From contig OX597832.1 of NCBI GenBank assembly GCA_951406725.2, positions 3,534,001 through 3,598,000 on the forward strand: 64,000 nucleotides of DNA, given 5' to 3'. The translations under genes and the position numbers were made by a program. Positions 41,108 to 53,900 of the stretch are shown here, piece by piece. Each line of letters opens with the position of its first letter. Within the stretch, counting starts at the first letter, position 1. Source of the DNA: Octopus vulgaris. Taxonomy: Eukaryota. The notes beneath the pieces are model-generated. The model had not been told where the DNA came from and made no database searches. It was given only the letters and a program-made list of their open reading frames with translations.

Positions 41108-44100
41108 ACACACGTACACCCATTATCATGACAATTCATAAGTGTTTGTGTGTATATAATTTCAGTGCCTTTATATGAAACTCGTTACTTAATGAATATG
41201 TTCATTCTTTTTTTAAGGATACCCTGGATTTCCTGGTGATGAAGGTCGACCAGGATTACCTGGAACCCCAGGTGGTTCCTACCCAGGTCAGGATGGTGTT
41301 CCAGGATTAAGAGGACCATCTGGTGATGATGGTATGGATCATCTCAATATATAATTTTATATTCTTTTGTCAGTAATCAGTTTGCATTTCGTTGCTAGAA
41401 GTGTGAAATTTTAAATGTGTTTAAGAGCTCTGAATTCAGGATAGTAACTGACATATATGTTAGACTAATTAAATATATCTGTAAAAAGTTTATGTATAAT
41501 TATTGTAAATAAATGAAATATAGAGCATAATATTAGACATTGCTGATGTATCTAAAAACAGTAATTTTGGTTATAAATTCTAATTTAAAATTAAATTTCC
41601 ATTTCAAAAATTCCAATTTAAAAGATGAGGACATGGTGGTCCTTATTTCTAACTGGAAAGTATCATCACAGCAAAATTAGAAATATATGTGTGCTGTGTT
41701 TGTAAAATAAGATACTGTGAGGTATATTCTAACATTTTTCTATTTGGTATTTATTATGACTTCTCCTATGGATAGGATTTTATTTAGTGTTTGCTTCCGA
41801 GGTAGATAGCGCATGATTTCAGTTTGGAAGTCAAATACACATTTTGTGGATCATATGCTGACAAATTATGTTTACATACACTATTGATTCTGATATGTTA
41901 GCACTTGCGTATTGGGTGGGGGGTGTCCCAAAAGTAACCAGAAACATTCTCTATGGGACAAGGCCATTGTAGTTTAGGCTTCTGCTGCTAGATGCCACTT
42001 GATGCAACTGCAACTCTCAGGCATCAGTCGGCTGACCAGCATCAGGGAAGTTGTACTGTCATGTAGTGCATCTTTGTTTTGCAGTGCTTCTTGGTTCATT
42101 GATTTTTGCAATGGCTGAAATGAACAGCATGCTTCTGTGAAATTCTGTTTTCTACTAGGAAAAACGATGGCTGAGACAGTTGGCATGCGTCAAACAGGTA
42201 ACAAGGACACTGCCATGAACAAAATACAAGTTTATGAGTGGTTTCCACTCTTTAGAAACAGTCACTTGTCATTTGAAGACCAACCTCGTTCAGGACAACT
42301 GTTAACCTCCCAAACAAAGGAAAACATTATGAAGATTCATGAACTGATCTTGGAGGTTTATCACTGAACAATTAACGAACTTGTTGATATGACTGATGTG
42401 TCCAGGAGCTCCTGCCAACGAAGTTTGAGTGAGGAATTGCAAATGAAAATAGTTGCAGCAAAATTTGTGCCTCACTTGCTCAGGGAAGATCAAAAGTAGT
42501 CATGACTGAATGTGTGTCATGAACTGAAAGAACAATTGGAAGTTGATCCAGATGAAAGCTGGTGTTAGGGTATTTGCAGATGTGGAAGAAGTGAAGAAAA
42601 AACCGATGGAGGCATTAAAAGACATCATGTCGCAAGAGTTTCAGCACTGCTTTGAATAGTGGAAAATGCACCTGGACCAATGCACTGCTTCAAATTGAGA
42701 ATACTTTGAAAGTGATGAAAGTGTAAACATGTAAAACTAAGTGAATAAAATAATATTGCAAAATTCTGGTTTCTTTTGGGTCCCCTCATATATCTAGGTA
42801 TGTATATATTTATCTACAAGGAGCAGATATACTACAACTCCATCCTGCACACTCTGACATGCAGTGTTTTATTGTATGAATATGAAGTGTGATAGTCTGG
42901 ATATGCTGTATTCTCTTTCAAATCCAGTCTAGTACTGGGGTCAATGCAATCGACTAGCCCCTTCCCTGCAGAATTTAAGGCCTTATGCCTTTAGTAGAAA
43001 TGATTATTTACATACTTATGGCACTTCTTTCTGTGCTCTAGTGTCTGCTCTATTATTATAACATGCTTTTACTTTTATAATACAGTTTAAGTGGACATTG
43101 ATGGATTGCTGAAAATTGTTATTTAAATATGAACTCATTATGTAATGTTCTTTTATTTTAAGGTCTATCTGGTTTGCCAGGCAGCCCAGGAGAGGATGGC
43201 CGACAAGGATTACCTAGTAGAATTGGAGATATTGAGGATCGAGGAGATCCTGGATATCCTGGTGATGATGGACCTCCGGGTAAAACTGGATTTCCTGGCC
43301 AACCAGGAAAAGATGGTCCTAGAGGCTCAGATGGTTTGTTATCATTTTATTACAATCAGGAATAATGTGTAGAGATTTGTCAAAGAAATAATTAAACAAT
43401 TAATGCATCTAATAATTATGTAATGTACATTAATATAAATATAATTCTGTTGCAAAATAACAATGCTTATCTATGTAGGATATGATTCATTATTAAAATC
43501 TGAGAGCTTTTAGAGATATTTCCAATGTGTTGTTGTGTGGTAAAAAGCTTGCTTCCCAAACACATGGTTCTGGGTTAAGTCCCACTGCAGTGCACCTTGG
43601 GCAAGTGTCTTCTACTATAGCCTTGGGCTGACCAAAGTGAGTCTGTTTAGCGGTTGGAAATTGAAAGAAGCCTGTCGTATGTATGCATTTACTGTGCTCC
43701 AACACTTATCAATTAAACTATGATCAACATCAGTGCTTAAGACATTTGCAGAAATAAGTTTGGGCATTCTAAATACTTTCACATACATTCAAATCGAGAT
43801 AAAGAATTATAACAGGTATGTTTCAAGTGTGGTAGTGTGCACTCATTTGTTTACACCAGTTGAGACTGGATAATGATGGCAAGATCAGTGATAGAGAATG
43901 AGGGTATGGAGAGAAGATTGGTTGAAAAAATTAGGCAGTGGTGGAAGGTAGTTGTCTACATAGACATTTTTCTTCCAGAACTTAAGTTTCACTAAGAAGG
44001 TTGCACTTTCCTAAGCATCATATTTCTCCAGATGTCATGGTCCTTTGCCATCTCCATGTAATTCAAGGTCCTGAGATTAGTTTTTACCCATTCCATGCCT

Positions 44101-44726
44101 TCCTGGTTATCCTCTTCTTCAAGTTCCATTCATCTTAAGTGATTAATACAACTTGATAATTGCATGCATGCATCATACATACTTACTGCCCAGCAGGTGT
44201 AAATATAAAGCTAAAGATCAGCTCAAAAGAAAATACATACAATGAACTATTGAGAAATCTACAGTTACTCTAACCAGATTATAAGTTCAAATCTATACCT
44301 GTAAATGTTGGGGCACTGGAATATCTAACTCACTACCTAAGTACCAATCTTAAGAAATTAGGCTTCTCAAAATCAGAAAGCTGATTCAAATACTACTGAT
44401 ACAAGCCATCACTAGATCTATAAAAATCGGTAAAAATTTTCTAGAAGTTTATCATTTGTATATATAAGCATGTCTCTAGACAAGCAACTATATGCATAAG
44501 AATATATACATAAAAGAAAACATACAAATCTGCACATCCACTGACTCCAAATACTGCACATATACACACATACATGGAAAAATATCCTGTTGATGTTGTT
44601 GAAATTCCAATGGCAGAACCTTGGATCTAGGTTAGAAACCATCTCTTTCTGTATCGGTAAGAAATCTTGAAATAAAACTTAATAAGGAGATTCACACACA
44701 CACACACACACGCATGCAGACATACA

Positions 44727-44798
<72 letters not shown>

Positions 44799-45067
44799 GA
44801 ACAAGGATAAACTCAAGTTTATACTATAGTTCCTATACACATTCAGCATTACAGTTGTTTGGAACTGATGAACTTCATGTAGGAACTATAATGCAGACTT
44901 GTGTTTGTCCTTATTTCTCCCACATTTGCTCTGTAGTTCATGACTCGTTATGATATGCACTATAGAAGTTACTTAATAACTATCCAGAAGGCAGACTGGA
45001 TTATTATAATCTACATGTGGCTCTAAACATAAGAGTAGCAGTCATATATCTATTTACATATACAATT

Positions 45068-45158
<91 letters not shown>

Positions 45159-45644
45159 TGTAAATTAGGGTATCTACGAGATACCACCATGCCACCAATT
45201 GTTATATAGACAATTAAGGTGGTTTTAGAGTCAGATCATGGCTGGTATTTTCAGCATAGTGGTATCTCGTAGATACTCTAATTTATAATTTTAATAATTA
45301 TTACCTTTGAAGGTTAGTTTTTCCATGCTGACCACTTGATAAAATCGTTATTTTATTTTAAATTGATGATCTTATCCTTATATATATATATATGATGGGA
45401 TACTGAAAAGTTCCTTGCTTTAACTGTATCACGAAAGGCCTGGTTGGGGTCCCAAACTTCTGAGTTCTTTTACAGGGCTTAGAAAACCTGAAGAGCTACT
45501 CCATTGGAGTGTGTGATCTGAGAGGGGGATATGTTTAATAAACTCATTAACTAATCCTCCTGTATTTCCTTTTCCCCAAAGAAAGGAACTTTTCAGTACA
45601 CCATATATAAACACACACACTCCCCCCTCTCTCTCTCTCTATCT

Positions 45645-45698
<54 letters not shown>

Positions 45699-46189
45699 CA
45701 CACATACATATGTTTATTATTTTATTATACATATACATATATTTATTTTCAGGATTCAGTGGTACAAAAGGTGATCGAGGATTTAATGGTAGACCTGGTG
45801 TGAAAGGTCTTTCTGGTATACCTGGAAGAGATGGAATAAAAGGTAAGAGTTTCTGAAAAACAATCAGCAACATATATATACTAATTTATCGTTTAGGTAT
45901 ATAATGTAGGATCTGTGCTGCAGATCTTTGAAAACATTATACTTAAATAAGATTAAATTGAATGTATGTGTGAGTGTATCATATCAATCTGACTATCAAA
46001 TTCAATAAAATAATAACAGAATTCCTTACATTTGTTAAAAATAAAGTGTTTATGTGATTTAATAGTTTTTACTATTTTTTTGTAAAAATAAAATATCTTG
46101 ATGTTTTTCACAATTTTTTACTCTTTGCCACTGAGCAAATAATCTCTAAAATTAATTGAGATAATCTCAGCCACTATTCTAACATCATA

Positions 46190-46231
<42 letters not shown>

Positions 46232-46245
46232 CACATATACATATG

Positions 46246-46305
<60 letters not shown>

Positions 46306-46839
46306 CACACACACACACATATATACACACACGCACACACATATATATACATACATATATATATATATTTATACACATATATATGTATATGTATATATAT
46401 ATTTATACACACACACAGCATCAGTGCTTAGGACGTATGTATGTATATATATATATATATATATATATGTATTTTATATATCATATATATGTATATATAT
46501 GTATTATATATATCATATATATATATATATATGTATTATATATATCATATATATATGTGTATATTATGTATTATATAATATATATAGTAATATATATGTG
46601 TATTATATATATAATCAAAATAAGTAACAGATATCAAGCAGTAATGCAGTGTGACTGTTTCAAGTGGCTCCATTTAATTATACAATGCACTCGTTACATC
46701 AGTTTAAATGGAAATGGTCGTAATGCATTACTACTTGTTATCCTGTTGCTTATTTTGAGTTTATTCATCTTACCTTGAGCTGTGCAGATAATACTAGACT
46801 GACTTGGTGCCTCCACTTAAGTACCTAATTCAACTGAAT

Positions 46840-46893
<54 letters not shown>

Positions 46894-49589
46894 AGTAGGG
46901 AATATAATTCCAAACTTACAGGGAAAATTCAATTTAGCAGTTCTAAATCAAATTTCTCAGTATATATTATATGTATTTAATTAAGAGAAATAACTGCTAT
47001 TAAGTAATTTAATAGTGAAAGACATTACTACACCATATAGAAAAATTTTTAATATACTATGATAAATATTAGTAAAAAAATAACTAAATTAAATAAACAT
47101 TAAATTGACTACGCACGTTTCGTAACTACATATTTAAATCGATAAAAATACAATAATAAATTGATACTATTAAAAGTAATTCTATTAAAAAATATAGCCA
47201 CTCTTCAGGTCTAAATAATAATGAAATAAATGGATGTATCTAAACATATAATAAATTAACAAAGTAATATAGTAATATACGTATCTTAACACTAAATAAT
47301 CGAATAAAATATAATAATATTAATGAAGAATAAAATCATAACTTATCTTATTGAAGAATTCCAGTTAACTGAAATTTTAAATGTTAAACTTAGAACCTAG
47401 CGTTGCTAAGAAATTTATTACGTGAAAACATGACGTAAATAATAACTGTAGCATAAATAGATAGAGATATGTTATTTTAGCTGTGAAAATAAGAAATAAA
47501 CTAGATGTAATATACCATTTATTGGAAAAATTCTAAGTTCTCAATAATTTAAAACTAAGATATGTAAAATACATAAAATAAACTAAATTTCGATAATCTA
47601 TATTCACCAATTTATTTATTAAATAAACACTTTGGTTTAATCTTATTCTAATTAAGTAATATACACTACATAATCTACTGCTAATTTATACTCATTATAC
47701 TTCTACAAATTATAACTACAAAAGTTACTAACATAAATCAGGGTTAAATATATTAAAAAATTAGCTAAACTTATTATATAAGTAATTTAACTTATGTCTA
47801 CATTTAATTTTTCGCTCATCTTGAATTTAATCAATTTTTTTATTATTAGATAGTAATATCTCCATAAATTCATTTGTACATAGTAAATAAAAATTATTAC
47901 CTATTTGATAAGATTTAGCTTTACAAACTATCTTCCAATTTAAATTATAGTTAATTCCTTTAGATTTCAATTCCCATATATATTTACTAAGGCCAGTAGA
48001 ATTAATCAATGTTTTATTCTTAAATGAATGCATGTGTTGAGCCACCCTTAATTTAATTTTATTAGAAGGCGACCCCACGTAAATTGCATTTAGATTATAA
48101 CTATTCATATTAATATTATAATTAATCAAAATCACTACACATTTATATACTACATCATCCAAATTACATTTATTTTCAATTTACATTTTGTCTTATCTCT
48201 ACATGTACAATTAATTATATTCTGGTCTTTATTATTATTGAAATAATTATTTAATTTGTTACTGTAAAACTTATTAAGCTTAAATCTATTAAAAGAAATA
48301 ATGTTACCAACATTATTAGTAGTAGAATAACCAACTCCAAAATTATTACTAGAAAAATGTCATATTTTTTATTATCTATAATGTATACTTAAATTAGTTT
48401 CAATATCTCTTTAATAATGTTTGTTTTAACTTGAGCCCCATAAGTAGTAATTAACCAAATTTTGTTCTCATTATTAACATTATTTTTATTTATTATATTG
48501 TTATATTTATTATTATCATTAGCCTGGAATAGTTTTCTTCTTGGAAATGAATGGACAGTCTTGCAATTTTTTTCAACACAATCCAGTTTCATCTACATTA
48601 AAAATCTGTTCAAGAAGAAACCTGTTTTCTTCGATGCTTTTCTTCAATGCATAAGGAAATTCCATTGCTGCTTGTTCATCAGCTGATATATATATATCAT
48701 ACATTATATATATATGTATATGTATATATTATTATTATATGTGTATATTGTATATCATATATATTATAATATATATATATATTATATGTATTATATATTA
48801 TATATATATATATTATATATGTATTATATATTATATATGTATTATATATTATATATGTATTATATATTATATATATATATTATATATGTATTATATATTA
48901 TATATATATATTATATATATATATTATATATGTATTATATATTATATATATATATTATATATGTATTATGTATTATGTATTATATATTATATATATATAT
49001 TATATATGTATTATATATCATATATATATATTATATATGTATTATATATCATATATATATATTATATATGTATTATATATTATATATGTATTATATATTA
49101 TATATGTATTATATATTATATATGTATTATATATTATATATATATATTATATATGTATTATATATTATATATATGTATTATATATTATATATTATATATA
49201 TGTATTATATATTATATATATTATATATGTATTATATATTATATATATATATTATATATGTATTATATATTATATGTATATATTATATATGTATTATATA
49301 TTATATGTATATATTATATATGTATTATATATTATATATATATATCATATATGTATTATATATTATATATATATATATATTATATGTGTATTATATATTA
49401 TATATATATATTATATATGTATATTATATATATGTATATATTATATATGTATTATATATTATATAAATATATGTATATTATATATATGAATTTATTATAT
49501 ATATATTATATTATATATATTATATATGTATTATATTTTATATATATATATATATTATATATTATATATATTAAATATTATATATATTA

Positions 49590-49637
<48 letters not shown>

Positions 49638-50888
49638 CACACACATGCATATGTATATTCTATATATATTAGTAGTAATGCTGGTTTACTTCCACTTTTA
49701 CTCTTGTATGCAATTTGGTTTATTTAGGTGAACGTGGAAATGATGGATTACCAGGTGCTAATGGACGTGATGGTAAAAATGGATATGATGGTAGACGTGG
49801 AGACCCTGGTTTCCCTGGTGATGAAGGTGCCAGAGGAGAAGCAGGTTTACAGTATGCTGCAGAAAAAGGAGACCATGGATTCCCAGGTCTGTATTTTATT
49901 TATAGTTGTCACCACATTATGTTAGTTATGTTCTTTAGTAGTGATAGTAATGAATTGTTATTGGTCTGTGGAATATGGTAAGGAAAAATTTGCCAAAATT
50001 CACAGAAGGCCACCAAATACTTATAGTTTTAAATTCTTTATAAGACTGTTTTGACTTTATATCATGTGGAAACTCTTTTTATAAATGGCATATGCAGCAA
50101 CTGGTGGTGTCGAGTATTTATCATAGCCAAACTTATGATAACATAATAATAATGAGCTTATTGTATACAGTGCTCAGTTGCACTACAACTCATCGGGAAA
50201 AGTAGCCAAAACTGCATGAACTGTTCACAGAATATGCACAAGAAGTGAACAGTGAAATGTCTTTAAAAAAATAGGAAGAAGAAATAATGGGTGGAGGTGT
50301 ACTGTTGGTGAATTTCAGGAAGCATGGCAGTTTTGAAGGAGAAAGTGCCTTGATAGCTAACAACTGATGGAGGTAATTTATTCCATGCTTCACCAATTCT
50401 GAGCATGAAAAATGTTTCCAAAAGTCATTGGTGGTGTGTTGCTTTTGATTTCGTAGTTTTTAAATCAATGTTTACAGCAATATGGGTAGTTAATATTTAA
50501 ATTTCATAAAGCTATAATGTTTATAGACAATATATGAAAATATTAAGGGTTTTCTAAGTTAAACACTAAAATTTGAAATTAAAATAATATTTTGACAATA
50601 TAATGTATTTACATTTAGTATTAATTTTATTTTGTATAATTTTTCTCTGATTGTATGAAAAATGCCACATGATGGAACTGACTACAGGGTTTCTCGAGGA
50701 TTTATGAAATGCTTCAAATTACTGTGGCAGAAATATTGAAACCTGAATTATAATTAAAACACAGAATATGCCAGTGAAGAAAAAAATATCTGAAACCTGA
50801 AAAATAATTATATATCTTTTTAATTAGATAGGTAAAGTTAGAAAATAGCATGTGGATGTTCATCTTGAGATTTTACAGTTTAAGATCG

Positions 50889-50933
<45 letters not shown>

Positions 50934-53900
50934 ATCAAAACAGTTTGATTCCAATTCATTGGCCAATCTTCAGTCATTTTGAATTTGAATGCTTATATTG
51001 AGTGCTCTTCTTTTGTTTGTCTTTCACTCATATATATATATATATATCTTCAAATAGATTCTTGCAAAAAAATTTCCAGCTTTACAGACAAAAATCAACA
51101 GAATAAAAGGATTCATTTTTATGCACAGAAGAGTGCCTCAAGCAGCATTTGAACAAAATTCTTCACTTCATATCAAAATTGCTTTGACTATTTCTGAAAC
51201 TATATATATAAATAAAATAAGTGAGATGTAATTTTGATTGCATTTAACTATGTTAAATAATATTTTCAATTATAGGAGCTGATGGTTTACCTGGAGCTAA
51301 TGGTCTGGATGGCTTGAATGGACTTATAGGAAGGAAAGGAGAACCAGGAGATATAACTAGAAGTAGGAAAGGTACAGGAGTTGCAGTTCTTTTTCCTTAT
51401 TATTATATTGCAGAGCTGTGTTAAATGCTACTTCTAATTCATAACATATGTGACTTATACATTAATGTAATGTTTTAATAATAAAAAAAATACTTTATGT
51501 AGTTTATAACTATATCATTTAGAAGAATTCATGCATTAAAGACTAGAAAACCAAGTCATTACAACACGGTTTTCATGGTAGTAAAATATTTGTTTATGTC
51601 CTAACCCGGTATTCTTTACACAATTGTTAACAGTACATTTTATTAAAATTTTGTTTTGAAAGGGAACACAGAAAACTAACCAGTATTTTATGCTTTATAT
51701 AATGTATATAATGTATATGTGTTCCAGTAAGGTGATCAGCATTATAATGTAAGTTGGTTGGCCTTATCATATAATGGAATGGATTCAAGTTACTTCATCA
51801 GCATTATTAACAAAAATATAGCAAAGAAAGTTGCAGGCCCTTATATACACCAGTATACAAATAAGTACTGACCCCAAGATTTTTGATGGATGCCTGTGGG
51901 AGTATTTGGTGGAAGATCACCCAACTTCCCACCCCATAAAGTAGACCCAGGAGCACTAAGGGCAGAAGGGGCATGTGTCTGCAAGCAAACATACCATAGA
52001 ATCCATTCCAATAAAACTCACAGCAAAGGCATTCCTGCAAGGATAGAGAGAGTACAAGATTTTGGATATCTCACTTTATTTTGTCTAAGGAAACTTTTGC
52101 AAAGATACCATCTTACCCAACATTTTCAAATCCATTTATAATCACTTTCTTCATTGGCAATTTCTTTGTAGCATGTATAAATGGAATCATTTTCAAATAT
52201 TATCTTCAAACACTGAGTGATTTATTCGTAATGTAGTCTCTGAAGAACTTCCTTGTTGCACCAATTCACAAGCCTTAATACCCCATCAGTTCAAAATATT
52301 CACTTATAACGATAATAGTTCCTAATTAAGCAACACATGTTACATCAATACGTTCACAAGAACCTGTAACAAATATTAAAACAAGAATTTGACTACCAAG
52401 CAATATTTAGCAAACCATAGACATCATGTCTTCTTTAAAGAAAAGGGTATCAATACTTTTGTATTCATTAACAATCTGAACATTAACAATATTCTCATAT
52501 GTATTTCATTTCAGGTGACCCTGGTGAGACTGGCCTTCCTGGTTTGCCTGGTTTACAAGGAGCAAGTGGTACAAAAGGATATCCAGGAGAAATTGGACTT
52601 GTGGGTAAGTAGTTTTATTTATTCTTTACTTTTTTAAATTTTCAAAAAAAAAGTAATTTTCACAGAAATAAAACAAAATTCATGATGCACAGATCCTTTA
52701 TTCTATGCGATACATAATATATTAATTATGTAATTAGGTTTTCACGTTTTAAATAAAACTGTTATAGCCTTTTAATACAATCCTACTAATACTGGTTTAT
52801 TATAGCATTGTGATATTTACTTCTATACAAATTGTTAGCTATTTTTTTTCATTTTATCTTATGTTGTTATATTGTGCATATTCTAAATCACATCTTTGAG
52901 TTTCCTAGCATTGCTGTATGTTGTAATACTGGAATGTTATAAATTGTAATGTTATATATTTGAACAATATATAATTGATAAGATGATTATACATGCAGAG
53001 ATAAGGAAAGAAAGAGGGAAAGCAATACCAAAGACAGCAATGTAAATAGCAATCTTTATATTTAGGTCTGGATGGTATAAATGGAGAAGATGGTCTTCCT
53101 GGCCCAGCTGGATTGCCCGGCAGAAGTGGTGCCATGGGTAAAAAAGGCAGCAGAGGAAGACGCGGAGGACAAGGAAGAGATGGTTTCCCTGGAGCTCCAG
53201 TGGGTGACATCTTTGATTATCAAGACTGTTTTTGTTTTAATTTTACTTTTGGCTCTTATGACAGGCATATTTTTTATTTAATATTAATGTCTTAATATTA
53301 ATGAAGTTTATAAAATAGTCATTCTTAACAATCTAAAAAGATTATTCTTCTGACTATCAAAAGAGAAAACAATTTTATTGGTTTAAGTTTTCTTCTGAAT
53401 GATTGGAGTGATATTTATTCTGGTGTGAAATTGGTTTCTAGATATAAATATTGTAAATTTCTATTTCAATACAGAAATGTAGCAAATATATATTATTTCT
53501 TTATTGAAACAGAAGTTTATAACACCTGGATTTAGGTAAAAAAGTTTCATCCCAAGAAGTTAACCAGAAGAGAAGTACAATTTATAAAATTGTTTTCTCA
53601 TATGCTGGTCACAAAAATATTTTTCAAAAATTGTAAAAGATGGCTATTTTATAAACTTCACTAATAATAAGGCATCACAAAACATCACAAAACATCTAAC
53701 AGGTACCAAAAATGCCTTTACAAGTGATAAACAATATGTTCATACATATATAAGGAGATACACAAACACATATAAGTTTAGATTCATAGGTCAAAACATA
53801 CAGATCCATACATTCAATGATGTCCACAAACATATACTAATAATGTGTGCAACTACATTGATGACTACTGAGATGGAATTGTCAAAATTTCTGTAAATGT

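Noticed and set aside
48590-48686. CUGAUGA on the minus strand beside the AT satellite
   Set aside because: No stem II or GAAA/UH geometry found
48714-49635. Long ORFs (173-298 aa) of I/Y/C/M, and other YIYI, CVCV and HTHT ORFs
   Set aside because: Translations of microsatellites and satellites; no coding signal
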